Source: Azolla caroliniana
Lineage: Eukaryota; Plantae; Polypodiophyta
Direction: 5' to 3'
DNA: 64,000 nt
Assembly (NCBI GenBank): GCA_043228905.1
Contig: JBHGNT010000005.1
Span: forward strand, 24,180,001 to 24,244,000
The translations under genes and the position numbers were made by a program. Below the pieces are notes generated by a model. It searched no databases. It was not told the origin of the DNA and saw only the letters and a list, made by a program, of their open reading frames with translations. Below, piece by piece: positions 50,578-63,960 of the stretch. Numbering within the stretch: position 1 is the stretch's first letter; every line of letters starts with the position of its first letter.

Positions 50578-52357
50578 AATGTGTCATATAATGCGTAAAA
50601 CCCAAGTTGTTAATGTGTTGTAACCCCCTTATGTATATAAATCCATTTTCATTACGGACTCAATTGTTTAGAAGAGAAGGTGCAATATGGTGAAGTAAAA
50701 TTTCATAATGATTTATTGTTGCAATTGTCTTGTACTTCCCCTTATATGTTGGAGAAGCCTTAAAAGGAATTTCTCATTGTATTTTTACAACAGTTAGTAA
50801 CAACTTTGTCACTTTTAACTAAAATGTTTCTGTTATCATCTTAGAAAGTTTCTTTCTAGTTAGGGTCAATCTCTTGTATGGAGTGTTAACACTTCAATAT
50901 GTTGCTTTTTTGGGCTCGAATTATATTCCCCGAGTAAACGATCCTTGATTTGGCAAGACAAACATCTAGAACGAAGTTTCATATAGTAGCATGTTTAGTG
51001 GCAATATGGACAGAATAAAACAAATTTCTTGTGGTGCAAGTTGTTTTCCATTCATGTATTGCTGATGTATATTTGGGATGTTCTTCATGATTGAGGGTGA
51101 CACTTATCAAATATGTATCCAATGTGAAATGAACAACCTAGTTTGAACATAAGCAAGCAAAGAATTGGTATACGATCAATTGGTTAATATTGACAGTTCA
51201 ACAAAACTTTAGTAGCATGATAATGGTTGTTTACATGGGTAGTCAAGTGGACTTCATGTATTTTTTTAACCAAAAAATATATGGTAAAGTGTACATGAAA
51301 TTGAATTGGAATGGTGTAATTTAAACCTAAGCGTAAGGTGAGTAAATATTTTGAGGGGGGGATCCTCTACGATGTAATTGCCTATACCTTAACCTTTACT
51401 ACTATTAGATCTTTAAGGAATTTGTGCGCTCGTTGCATTTGAGAGATCTAATTGTGTGAGCCAAAGAAACCCAACCCTCAAGAATTTTGTGACGTATGAC
51501 TTTGAATTGGTCAAAGACTTCGAGAAATTGCACACTATCCAAAAGAAATTTTATTTTGGAAAAATGCTAGCTCTTCTTTCAACTTCGAATCATTAGTTTA
51601 TGATGTTTTGATAAAGAAGAAAACTTTGATATTGTTTTTCGACTCCTCTACACACGAATCAAGATATCTTACCTAATCAAGAAATTACCACACTAGATTG
51701 TTCGTCCAAGGTTAATAGAACTAAGCATTTGAGGTAAGACATGCATACATGAGAAAACAAAGATAGCATATGTCAAATGAAGGATCAATACTATATGATA
51801 AATATTTATTTGGATTATTGCAAATTAATTAAACTTGTTATGGTCCATTCCCTGAGCATTTATAGATGGAATGGTCGATAACGTCATTACAATCTAAAGA
51901 GCAACGTGGAAGCATTGCCTTCATGCATTGTATAAGAGACTTTGAATGTTCCCCATTGATTCGTCACAACAAATGAGTGCCAACAATATGCAAGGTTGAA
52001 AATTTTGAAGTAGACAAACATGGCATGGTAATGGTAACACCCTTTCTTTCTCTAATTCTTCGCAAGCTTAAGGTTTTGGGGGTTAAAGTCTTGCTCAATG
52101 GGCTAATGTTTGTGCTCACTATGTGAAAAAAGGGGTCAATACTCAATAGTTTGGGCAAATGTGGCATTCAGTATGGAAAATAAAAATGTCCGACAATCAC
52201 AGTTTTAGTTTTAGATGTGACCATGCTATTAATGTGCTCTTATAAGAAGACACTACAAAATTTCTTAAACCAAATGATGAAACACATTAAACTTCCGTCA
52301 TAAAGGCTGTTATTGATTAATCTACAATGTGAAAGATTTGCCCCAATCATTTACATG

Positions 52358-52362
52358 TACAC

Positions 52363-52429
<67 letters not shown>

Positions 52430-52483
52430 TACGCATATATACATACACGTACACACACGTACACGTACACATACACATACACA
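52358..52483. repeat. (TACACA)n hexanucleotide microsatellite
   Basis: Directly visible. Confidence 0.95.
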
Positions 52484-52696
52484 AAATTGCAATGCCTTGA
52501 TGGATCCTTCTGGAGTCCCACACATTTATCTTCTTGTGATACATGCTTAAGTGGGTATGGGTGTGCTTCATCGTATTCACATAACGATGGGGCTCCATGA
52601 ATGACTAACCATCACTCTTCCTCTCTAATGTGACACATATCCAATGCAAGGGAACAATGAGTGAGTATAAAAATCTTCACCGCATTCGAAGATGTG

Positions 52697-52900
52697 TGTT
52701 TGTCTCAAGAGGTGGCTTTTGATATGTTTACGAAATTGCACAGACCTATCCAAACTAGGGTAAGGGCGGGTAGGTGTGGTAGTGGAGAGAGACCCGACGT
52801 GTTTGTCTCGAGAGGTGGCTTTTGATATGTTTACGAAATTGCATAGACCTATCCAAACTAGGGTAAGGGTGGGCAGGTGTGGTAATGGAGAGAGACCCGA
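52697..52900. repeat. ~102-bp tandem duplication upstream of NINJA
   Basis: gtgtttgtctc.agaggtggcttttgatatgtttacgaaattgca.agacctatccaaactagggtaaggg...ggagagagacccga occurs twice. Confidence 0.92.
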
Positions 52901-53407
52901 AACCCTAAATGGTGAACACACGAAGCTCTTTTCCTTCTGAATGGAAATACGCCCCCCCCCCCCCCTCGACATGGTGATGGAAAACAGATACAGATACATG
53001 CGCATGGCATGTGTTATTTGTTAGTAGAGGTTCCCCGGAAAGACTTTCTCTGTCTCTGTGTCTCTCTCTCTTTGCCTTTGCATGGTAGATTCCAATTGTT
53101 GTTAGTAGAGGTGCCCCAGAAAGACTCTCTCTCTCTCTCTCTCTCTGCCTTTGAATTAGATCCAACTAAATCTATCTATGTATCCATTGAGCCATTCCTC
53201 CCTCTCTCTCTCTCTCTCTCATCATCTCTTCTCTCTCTAGCCCTTTTCCCTCACTTCTCCCTCACTCTCTCTCTTCCCTCTCTCTCCTGGCCTCAATTGG
53301 ACTCTCTCTCTCTCTCTCTCTCCCTCTCATCATCTCTTCTCTCTCTAGCCCTTTTCCCTCCCCAACTTCTCCCTCTCACCTCTCCTGGTCTCCATTGCCA
53401 ATTGGGT

Positions 53408-53439
<32 letters not shown>

Positions 53440-53867
53440 AGAGTGTAGAGGGGCCTTTCTCCTTCCCTCCTGGCCCAGAACATGTATTGAACTTTTGCAC
53501 GTTCCCAATTGGGTTCCTCTGTCTGGCTATGGCGACCTTCAACTCAGTCTACCATCACTCTCTCCCTTTCCCTCTGACTTAGTTTAGCTCCTCTGGCGAG
53601 ATCGATAGATCTATCTGAGGTTTTTTTGCTCTCTCTCTCAGATCTGTTTTCTTTCTTGGTTCCTCCCTAAACCTTAATGGAAGCGACAGAATCAATCTCC
53701 CCATAACAAAGCAAAACAGAGAGAAGGAGAGGAGAAAGAATATTAATAAGAAGAAGAACAAAGCCTCCGTGCAACACAGAAGAGCAAGAAGCAGAATAAA
53801 CAGGTTTTCTTAGGTCCCCCCCCCCCCCCCCCCCCCCCTTTTGTTTTCTTTTTTTTCTGTTTTATCC

Positions 53868-56800
53868 ATGGAAGGAAACAGGGGGGAATCAACTGCTCAG
53901 CATAACCACCTATCAGAAGAATTCGAAGAAGATGGAAATGGGCTCGAGCTGAGCTTAGGGCTAGGGCTAGCTTTCTCTACTACCCACAAATGGAAAGGTC
54001 CAGAAACTTCTACAAACCCTCCTCCTCCTCCTCATCATCATCATCACACTTCTTCTTCCTCCTCTGCAGATCTTATGGCAGGGGACCCATCTCTACCTTC
54101 AGGAAGTAATACTTCGTCTCTCAAGTCTATTATGAAACCTAATGGAAAAGCCAATAGTGGGCTGGATGCTGCCCTGAAGAAGTTTCTAGAAGGAAAACTT
54201 GAAGATGACGAAGAAGAAGGAGAAGGAGAAGGAGAAAGAGAAGAAAATGGAGAAGAAGAAAAGATGCACTCTGTTTTGGGATCTTCTTCTGAGCAAGCAT
54301 TTGAGCAAAAGAAGCTTAGAAAAGAAGAAGGAAAAGAAGAAGAAAAGGAAGAAGAAGAGGGGCAAAGAAACCCTTTTCTGTTCAAGGAAATTCACGTATC
54401 GTCAAGCTCTAGAGGGAATATAGTACCTCTCTTTGTGGATGCTTTCAAAATGGGTTCTGAAAATGGAGAAGAAGAGTGCTTGGAGCAACAGAGGAGACTT
54501 CAAGAAGCCCGAGTAAAAAGGAAGTTTGTGGTCGAAGACGCAACTAACCAAAAGAAAGGCAAGGTTGCAAAAGATGATCCCATAGGGACAACCTCTCATG
54601 GTAAGTGCCCCATCATTTGTGTTTCATTTCATATTATTCTATCTATTCATATAGCTATAGAGACATAGATTTATAGATAGATACCAAAAAGAAGGGCACG
54701 GTTTCTAGAGATGATCCCACAGGGACAACGTCTTATGGTGAGTGCCCTGTTCTTTGTGTTTCATATCATGGCATTGTATCTTGTTATAAAGCTATACATA
54801 CATAGATACATACATATAGAAATGTATATGTATATATACATGGTGGATAGGTAGAAATGTTGTATACATTTGTGTGTCATTCTTGATGTGCTGCTTCCAT
54901 CACTCTCCCATTAACATAGTTAGTCTCTGCGGTTGTCACACTTGACAGGATTCCGCCGAACTGGAAGCAACTCATGGATGCCTGGCTTAGATGCAGATAG
55001 ATCCTTATTGAGCCTCTCTGGGGAACAAGCGGCGACAAAACTTGATGATAAGGTTGGGCAAGAAAGGCCCAAAACTACTGATAAGGCCTATGAATACGAT
55101 GATAATGAGAGCGTGGGTGTAGATCAGAATCATGAAAGCACTGCTAAAGGGGAGGTATCAACGGGTGTTGAAGTGAATTTTATGCCTCAGTTTAAGGTTC
55201 AAGATATGGCAACAAGTAGAGAAACGAGTCGAAGCAATGGTGGGGATGATGTTTGGCGTCTCGGTACTACTAAGGGGCAATCTCAAGGTAGAGAGAAATT
55301 TGGGATGGGAGGACCAGGTTTGCCCAGCAAAAAAGAGCAAGAAGCGAGATTAGGTACTCTAGTGATTGGAGGAACAAGGGAGAGAGGGAAAGTGCCTTCG
55401 GAAACTAGCTCAACAGGCACGGATGGTACTGACAAAACTGAAGAAAAGAGCCACAGGGGCACTGGTGAAGCATCAAGTGTGCCAAATGAAAGCATTGTTA
55501 ACGACAAGGCAATACTTACATCAATATCATCTCCATTTCCGTCGGTCTTGGCAACAGATGGCCGCCCATACACTATGCAGTCATCATTTCACTCTGGATC
55601 GGTTCCATTCTTTCCATCGAATTTTCCATATATGATGTCCCATCCTCCTACAGGTTCTGATGGGCAAGTGCACAATTCTACTATACAGCCACCTATTGGT
55701 AGTGCATTTCAATCAACATTTGGTGCCCCTGAACGCCCCCTGATTTCTTCGTTGGAAGGAACAGCCCCTTGGATGCATGTACTCCGCTCCCATGGGGGTC
55801 CTCCTGCCATCAAACCTCAAGGTACTTCGTTCACTGACCTTAATTTTGTTTGAAACACAAATATGATAAGAATTAGAATTCCTTTTAAATGGAAAGGTGT
55901 TGAGATCCCTCTTCAGAGAGTGCATGCCCTTCCCTAGGTATATAGCATATGTATGATTCTCTGTCCATTTGAATGAAAGAGGATGATCATTCTATGCCTA
56001 CAGTATATAGTCACTAGTCCATTGAAATGGAAAGAGGTTGGGAATCCTGTCCGTATAATATATATAATTCTGTTGAATGTGATTTTCAAATAGGTAACTG
56101 TGGCTTACAACTGACACTGGTACCATGTACCAATTGATGATCTTAACTTTTGCCCTCTCTTTGCAGACATTAATATGTCCTTTCATTCCTCTTGCATAGG
56201 TACAAAGGTAAATGAGAATGGGCCAGTTACAGTTGACGGTGCATCCCCACATGGCAATCATCCGTTTTACAGAGCCCTAGCTCAAAATGGGTCTCAAGAT
56301 CCGACAGTGGCAATTTCACACCTACACCGCCAATCAGATTTACCCCTGATTTCAAGTTCAGGAACTCTTCCCCAATTTGCTTCTCAGATCATGCAAACAG
56401 ATACAGCCGACCATCGATCCCTCAAAGATCAAGGTGGCAGCAGTATGAATGTTTTCCCGGGATTTGCATCCTCACAAGGTTTGCAAGGTAGTGTCAGGAC
56501 ACCCTCTAGTAGCACAAAAGAGGATAAGGGGGAAACTCAGCACATGCATAATAGAAATAATATTCTAGAGCCCAACCATATTGTAGCTCAAGAAGAGATT
56601 AGGAGAGCCCTGGGTGGTCAGTTCCATCAAGGAACAACAGATAATCTCTCAGTTATAGATGCACTTGGGGATGACATTGCTAACCTTCAAAGGGGCATGG
56701 TTCCTGGGTTGAAATTTGGAGGTACGGGCACGGCCCCAGACTTACCGTGGGTTCACACGACTGCACCAAATGGACGAACTATCGGGGGTGTCCTATATAG

Positions 56801-56900
56801 ATTTGGCCCAAGTCAGCTCAAAATTGTATGTGCTTGCCATGGTAAGCACATGTCTCCGGTTGAATTCACCCAACATGCTAGTGTGGATATGTCCAATTGA
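53868..56900 (+). CDS. NINJA: NINJA / AFP-family co-repressor adaptor, exons 53868-54600, 54949-55821, 56200-56900 (~768 aa)
   Basis: N-terminal EAR motif GLELSLGL; B-domain/NLS-like QRRLQEARVKRK; C-terminal TIFY-binding domain GLKFGGTGTAPDLPWVHTTAPNGRTIGGVLYRF...KIVCACHGKHMSPVEFTQHAS. Phase-1 GT-AG introns. Confidence 0.92.
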
Positions 56901-59326
56901 AGTAAATGTGAAATCTCCTGGTAACAAGCTTATTGAACCCAACAAACCTGAGAGTTGGTTTTGCTTGTATCGTTATCAATGTATACAAGGATGGGTAGGC
57001 ACGTGCCTTTAAAAGAGGTAAGCTCTTTTGCTCTATATGGATAAAGTATCTTATTTCTCTTTTCTGTGGTTCCTTCTATTCACTGACATTGGTGGTGGAT
57101 TAGCTTCTTCTTCTGGTTGTGATCTTATTGCAACAGTTCTGAAGTTTTTGCCTGTTTAGAGTACACCATCTTGTTCTGAAGCCTATTATAGAGTCAGAGC
57201 TTTTCTTGTAAATCCCTTTGGTTTATTTTGTCCCCTCGAAGTACTGCATGGGTAAAATCGGCAAATGGAGGTTCTTCTTGGGAGAAAATTCTATTATTAG
57301 CTATGGTCAAAACCAGATGCTCCTGAGAACTGAATGATTTGCAAGTGCCATAAGCATTCAAGCGAGAATTTGAATGAGGGTAGAAAAGTGGCAACCATGA
57401 GCCTCCAGTGTTTACAAATAAGCACCAAATCCTCCTTAAAACCTAATCTTTGTATTTCTTGTTTATGTAGTTTGTACTATGCTGATCATGTTAAAGTATA
57501 AATTTATGGATTACAGTATTGCCTTTTCTGGCCCGCGACACTTATGGAGTCTGTTTCTTTCACTTGTTATACACTTATGAGAGTTGGACCATATTCGTAT
57601 GTGAACAGAGTTGCCAGGATAAGGGTATGGTAGGCTTTGTGCTATTAATTGAAGGTGCGGCTTTAAGCTTGTGATGGATTTCTCCATTTGTGAGTCATGA
57701 CTACGTTCAAATTATCAAATTATCAACTTCTGGTATAGGAGACTGCTCTCGGTCCATTTGTTGTTATCCAGTGTCTTGACTATATTCAGATGGAAAGACT
57801 TATCATGATAAGAGATATTCGATACTCACAGACCCATACTACGATATGAAATCATCATAAAGCTAGACCTGCTTTTTGTGAGTGCTGGATATGATCTTTA
57901 GTAATGGAATATATACGCCATCTTATTAAAGTCAAATTGGAAATTAAGAGATTTTGCTTGTGATGATATTGTTAAGTAACTATTTGAAAAGCACATTTTG
58001 TGCATAATGATGATATTCTTTTGGCTAGCACCATGAATACTAAATCAAAATTGAAAGACTGGTGTATTATGATGATGTCATTGGTGGGAGAAAACAATCT
58101 GGTTTTATACCTGTGTAAGAGAATGATAATCCAACTACTGTGCAACACATTTTCTTGGCATTGCGTTGGAGTTTCTTTTGCATGTACTCGTTTTTTTGTT
58201 CAAGAGAGATGTGAGGGAGATGTTCAAAACAAAGTGCGAAACTTAAAGTTATTCAGTCTCCTACAAATCTTTGGCCCCCAAAGCAGCTATTCAGTGTGAG
58301 TTTTCCCTGTATGCATGTTTTGATTCTGGGTCTCCTAAAATCTGTTGAACGCAAAGAATGCATTTTAGACTCAAATGTTGTAGGTCTGATATTCATATCT
58401 CAAGATGATTGCCCATTCTCTCCTTAAGACCTTGAATCTACCTTCGCTTACTTCTCTTTAAATTCATCAAAGGTAAAGCTGGTGTCCATTTATAATTTCA
58501 ACGAGAAGTCATCCAATTACACATAGAGAACTTAAGTGCAAAACTTTGCTTTCTATATTGGTGTTGCCCATTTGATGTTATTTATCAGGAACACCATAAT
58601 CTGAAGAAATAATGGCACTTTATTTTTCTACACCTTTCAATTGGCCGAAGGTAAAATTGGAACTCATGAAGTTTTAGGTTCCTGCATAATGGAAAGTGAT
58701 TAAAACGAGCTATGTTCGTACAGGTAAAGGATTATAAATCAAGCAATTATAGGAACTTATGAACCAGTCCCATAGAGAGTCAACACAAAAATAATTTCAA
58801 AGAGTAATGAGAAGGAAAGTACAAAAAAATTGCTTTCTAGAGGTGTCATCTCTTTAATGTTATCATCTATTGGGAACACTTTATTGTGAAGAAAGAACAT
58901 CTTTATTTCCACACCCTAGAAAACAAGAAATTAACAACTTTCCTGTACCATTATCTACATACATACTTCACTAAATTTGGTTTCTCATGGTGTCGCCCAT
59001 TTGATCTTATCTACTGGGAACACTTCATTGGGAAGAAAGAATGACATTTTATTTTCCTACACCTGAATCCATACACCCTATAAATCAAGAGATTACAATT
59101 TCCCTGTATCATTATCTGAATGCTCAACTAAAATTCATATTTCATCTTGTACTACTGTCTACATAGCTAGAATTCTGTTGGGTTGACAAATCATGGAAGC
59201 CAATTATGTCTATGATGCAACTTTTTAGACTATGTTTAGCAATAAAGTTCCATTACGCAGTGATATAATACACATGGATTGATTGTTGATGGTGTAACAT
59301 GTAACACATGCTAAGAGATTAAGTGT

Positions 59327-62300
59327 TTATGGAGATGCATTACATAATCCAGTAGTATCGTCACAAAATCCATCCTTGTCAAGAAGTTTTGGAGGGGGAG
59401 CACTTAAGAGTGGAGAAGATGGCGAACCATATGCATTTCTCCTTGGATTTGAGCATCCAAGGCTCTTTCGTGTGCTTATACCAGTTACTGTGTTTGTTCC
59501 ATCAGCATATTTGCAGAGAGCCTATGCATAATAACCATGCGCAAAAACCATTGCTAAGAAAAATCATATTTCCATACCTAAGCCAAAATCAAGCATTTTT
59601 GGAACTAGGTTCAGAAATAACCTGCTTCTGAGTAAGGTCCAGAACAGCATCACTAAAATCTGCCCCTTCAATGATAGCATTTCCAAGGTCACTCCGAGTC
59701 AGCACAGCTCGCACAAGAATTGCATTTTTGAGGTTTGCCTCATTCAAAACCTGCAAATTTTGGATTAGATTTTGTTTAATGTCTGGAAAATAAGCATATG
59801 TATATATACATAAATATTTATTTATGTTTGTTAGCACATTGATATATACGTATGTATACTGTTACAAATAACATCATAGCAGGCCAGAGAGTAGGGATAG
59901 TTGTTGGGCCCTCGCCCTCTAAGTCATAGGTTGGGAGTTCAACGGCTATCCACACCCTCTGTCGCCCCCTTCAAAAGAAAAACAATAAGGAATCTCTAAT
60001 GTATACCATCCGATCCATTAAAGTGTCACTCAAATCAGCATCTGAAAAGAACAGGAAAATTTATCGTACTAGGATGGCTTCAGTTTTATAATGAATGAAT
60101 TAGCATTGAACCAATAGTCTGATAGATATATCAGTAACTCACTCTCAAAATTAGTCTTGTATGCCACAGCCTTCTCCATGTATGCACCATTAAATGTGCT
60201 TCCACTGAAATCAGCTTCTTTCATGTCAGCTGAGGTGAAATTTGCTCGTCTAAACATTTCCATCATCTACTTGGGATTAGTACATAAACATAAACTAAAA
60301 TTCAGCATTTAACAATTTGAAAAGTTACCTGAAGTTCTCATTTGTGTGAACACTTTTCCTGCAGCAGCAACAGACTGTTTAGTAAGATGCAATATAACAT
60401 GGATCCAAACTAAATGCTACCTTGAGAATCAAAGAGTGCTTAATTTATAACCTATAATTGACAGACATTACAATCAACTTCAAGGCTTTATGGTCAAGAG
60501 TTAGCATTAAACCTTCATGCTCCCTTTCAACATTTTAGCCCCATATTTGATTAAGACTTGTTATTTTGCTAGAATGATTTTTGCCCTTTAAGAGAGAGCT
60601 AACCTAAAATTTGAAACATTTCACCATGCCAAGAAGGCTGCATTTACTTTATATTCAACTCTAAGACAAATTTACTGCATAATGCATTTAGTTTACAATC
60701 ACATATATATATGGTATGAAAGTACATGCATTCATGAGACCAAAACCAAAAACCTTTGTACTTTTCCATTTATTCTGACTTCATTCTATATTCAAAGATG
60801 TATCATAGGGCATGAACATGAATGATTTTATCATCTACGAAAGAAGTTCCTTCTAGTTTTGCTTTTGATTCTTTATGACCTTAAATCAGCAGAGCCAAAT
60901 TGAGCAGCAGATCCTATCCCAAATTCACCTCGGACATCTGCTTCAAATTTGTTGAGATCAGCATGAGCTTGAGTGGACCCTAGAACTGCCATAGCTAATG
61001 CTGCAGCCATACACTTCCCAATTATTCTTGCCCCTGTAAAAGCCAAGTCAATATGCCATATAAATAAAAGTGGAAACCTAGAGAAATCACTAAGGCATTG
61101 AAACCAGTAATCTTTCACATGATCAATTTCTTCTTGTGCCATGGGTGGCTCAACTATAATGGACAGAGTGATGGGATCTCCTACGAGTATGATGCAGTCT
61201 GTGTTTATTGGTGATTGTTATAGTGGTAGCAAATGCTCAAATATCTATCATATCCATTAGACATGCTTTCATGCGTGAGAGTACTTCAAACTTATGCTTC
61301 TCAAGAAAACATATATTGCTTGAAGGTGAGGCCTATTAGAATGCTACTTGGGTATCTGAATTTGCAATTTTTCATTAGAATTTAGGCTTCACACTAAGAA
61401 TCAGTTTATTAGGTGGATGTTGTAACTTGTATGCACCTTTCTAAGTATCGAATTCTCTCTTGACCTCGCAATATTAAAGATTTTAAACTTGAATATAGCC
61501 TCACACTTCAATTTCTCTGACAGAGGTAATCACCTTCCATGCAATTACCACACCTTTAGATGCTTCTGCACCTTGATTCCTTCAAGGTATGAACTCTTGG
61601 TCATGAATTGTCCACCATTTGCATCTTCAAAGTCCAAGCATTTTCATCATTCTGTATTATCATCAATTTTTGCGATTTCAAGATTTAGCACTTTAGATGC
61701 TTCTGCACCTTGATTCCTTCAAGGTATGAACTCTTGGTCATGAATTGTCCACCATTTTCATCTTCAAAGTTCAAGCGTTGATTTAGTGGTTCCACAGTGT
61801 TCTTCCCTAATTCGCAAGAGAATGTGTTTTTTCTTCAGTAATCAACCATTATTATAGCCTGGTTATTCACAATTGATCCCCCACTCACACGTGTGGAGCA
61901 TCCACCTCACATCTTTGCTTATTCTTGCATATAGCTGCCTCTTCAGTTGTACATTCTAACTTTGGGGAATGAATTTTTTCTTCAGTGATCTACCATAGCA
62001 CCTAGTTATAACCTGGTTATTCACATTTAAATCACCCACTCACACATGTATCACCTTTGCTCTATTCTTGCATATAGCTGCCTCCTCAGATGTACTTTCT
62101 AACTTTGCCTATGTGTCTTTTCACGTGCTTCATTCTCCCATTCTCAAATTCACCATACACTTCTCATATCTCATACGCTGTTCCACATCACATTCCCTAG
62201 CCAGGACTCGGTTCGTTTCTTTATCATCTTGTATAATGACATGTTATCTTGGCACACATGCATATTGATTTAAGTAAATTGATCTTCCTTGATTTCAAAA

Positions 62301-63527
62301 TGAATAAATAGACAGTTGCAAAGATCAACCAAGCATGGATTCTAGACAAAGCAATGCACATGATAATCAGCCTATCTCTATACTCAAAGTTGACTGTAAA
62401 TTAATGTGTGCCATATAACAGCATAACTTGAGGGGTATTCTCTATACAAACCAAAGTTTTGAATACATAGGAGAGACGAATTTTGGCTATGACATTCACA
62501 CAGTATTTCAAAATCCATCCACTGAAAACACTTATTCTTATTGATCTACTTCAGAATAAGAGGGATAATTCCACTGAAAAAAATATGTGGTTCTCTTCGC
62601 ATATTAGATATGAAAATGACTGAAAGTCTATGGAATCAATAAAAATGCATATCCTTTCTCAATCTAACTCCTCGTCTTTATCATTCTAAGGCAAGATTTG
62701 CCTCCTAAATAACAGAATCCATATACAAAAACCATTCTTTACCGGTCTACTTTGACATAAAATCATTATATGAAACATTTTGTATCATCGATGAACGAAA
62801 AGCTATGACATTCAGATATCCTTACCTGGCTTGTTTCGTGGCCTTATCATTTAATGACAGCGTTTTTCCTCCTAAATGACTAAAATGAAACGAAATACAC
62901 AGATCCACTTCAGCTCCTTGTTAAACTATGATATTTTTGCCTCTTAAATGAGTAAAATCGTTTTGTAATCCACATATGTTTAACCCCGCCTACTTCACTG
63001 CTTTCTATGACTATTTATTTAATCTATCTTTGCTAACTCATGATCTAAGGAAAATAGGAGAAGGCACAAATACTAGTATTTCTACATTTATGAGAACCTA
63101 AATATTGGCATTTTAACTGAAAACCTAAATCGGCATGTGTTTTTTTAGGGGAGGGAGGGGGGGACCTAAGTATACAAAGAGACCACAAATTTTAAATGTT
63201 AACCTAGATATTGGCATGTTAAGTGAAAACCTAGATGGACATGGAGGCAAAAAACCTAAGTATACAAAGAGACCCCAAATTGTAAATGTTGAATGGCAAG
63301 AGGGAAGTACCTGAGATTGGGGCAGTAGGTGAATTGGAGACATTACACTCGCAACTGACAGTAAGACGCAGGGGAGCTCTGTTCCTGAAGCTGGTCTCGT
63401 ATCGGTTGGGATGATCCAAAGAACGAAGCTGTAACAGGGGAGTTCTGTTCCTGAAGGTGGTCTCGTATTGGTTGGGATGATTCAAACAACGAAGCTGAAG
63501 AGGAAGCAGCGGCAGAGCCATAGCCAT
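59327..63527 (-). CDS. TL20.3: thylakoid lumenal pentapeptide-repeat protein TL20.3-like (At1g12250 family), ~7 exons
   Basis: Bipartite transit peptide ending in a hydrophobic stretch and AxA site (MAAALAMAVLGSTQAHA|DLNKFEA); GEFGIGSAAQFGSADLR; pentapeptide repeats ANFTSADMKEADFSGSTFNGAY, ANLKNAILVRAVLTRSDLGNAIIEGADFSDA; C-terminal ALCKYADGTN...SLGC...GFCDDTTGLCNASP*. Confidence 0.92.
61555..62105. repeat. two local tandem duplications in TL20.3 intron 1
   Basis: tttagatgcttctgcacc...catcttcaaagt at ~61555 and ~61692; ttcttcagt...cctggttattcac...gcatatagctgcctc at ~61830 and ~61978. Confidence 0.85.
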
Positions 63528-63564
63528 GAGTCAAATGGCAGAACAGGGACATGGAAGAGCTTCA

Positions 63565-63603
<39 letters not shown>

Positions 63604-63809
63604 TATAGATATAGTCTATAGATATAGATATGTATGTATGTATGTATGTATGTATGGATGTATATTATATATTATGCTCATGTCTAACTACTACCAAAAA
63701 TTAAAGAGGGCAAGTGAGGGAATCACGGGCGCGGACGGTGTATGTTGCACAGCTGATGGTGCGTGCGATCTCCACCGTTCGATGTGGATAAAAAGCTGAC
63801 CGTGTATGT

Positions 63810-63960
63810 CACCCCAGGAGCCCGACTCTCTGACTACCTTTGTCACCAGGAGCCCGACTCTATCACAATGAGCTTCGCTGTCTGATAGCCTTTGTAACCA
63901 GGAGCCCGGCTCTGTCAAAAGGAGCCCCGTTATCTGACAGCCTCTGTCACCAGGAGCCCA
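63810..63960. repeat. short tandem array of CCAGGAGCCC-containing units, possibly the subterminal region of a DNA transposon continuing beyond the window
   Basis: caccaggagcccgactct-like unit repeated about five times. Confidence 0.6.

Noticed and set aside
53816-53838. C23 homopolymer upstream of the NINJA ATG (G-quadruplex potential on the - strand)
   Set aside because: Homopolymer length is assembly-sensitive and nothing else supports a function.
62826-62871. 46-nt AG...GT-bounded segment in TL20.3 intron 1 as an extra exon
   Set aside because: Its length is not a multiple of 3, and exon 1 already joins exon 2 in frame without it.
63810-63960. CRISPR-like appearance of this and other short interspaced repeats (also 13276-13560, 46950-47230)
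   Set aside because: Eukaryotic context, degenerate units, spacers related to each other and no cas genes.
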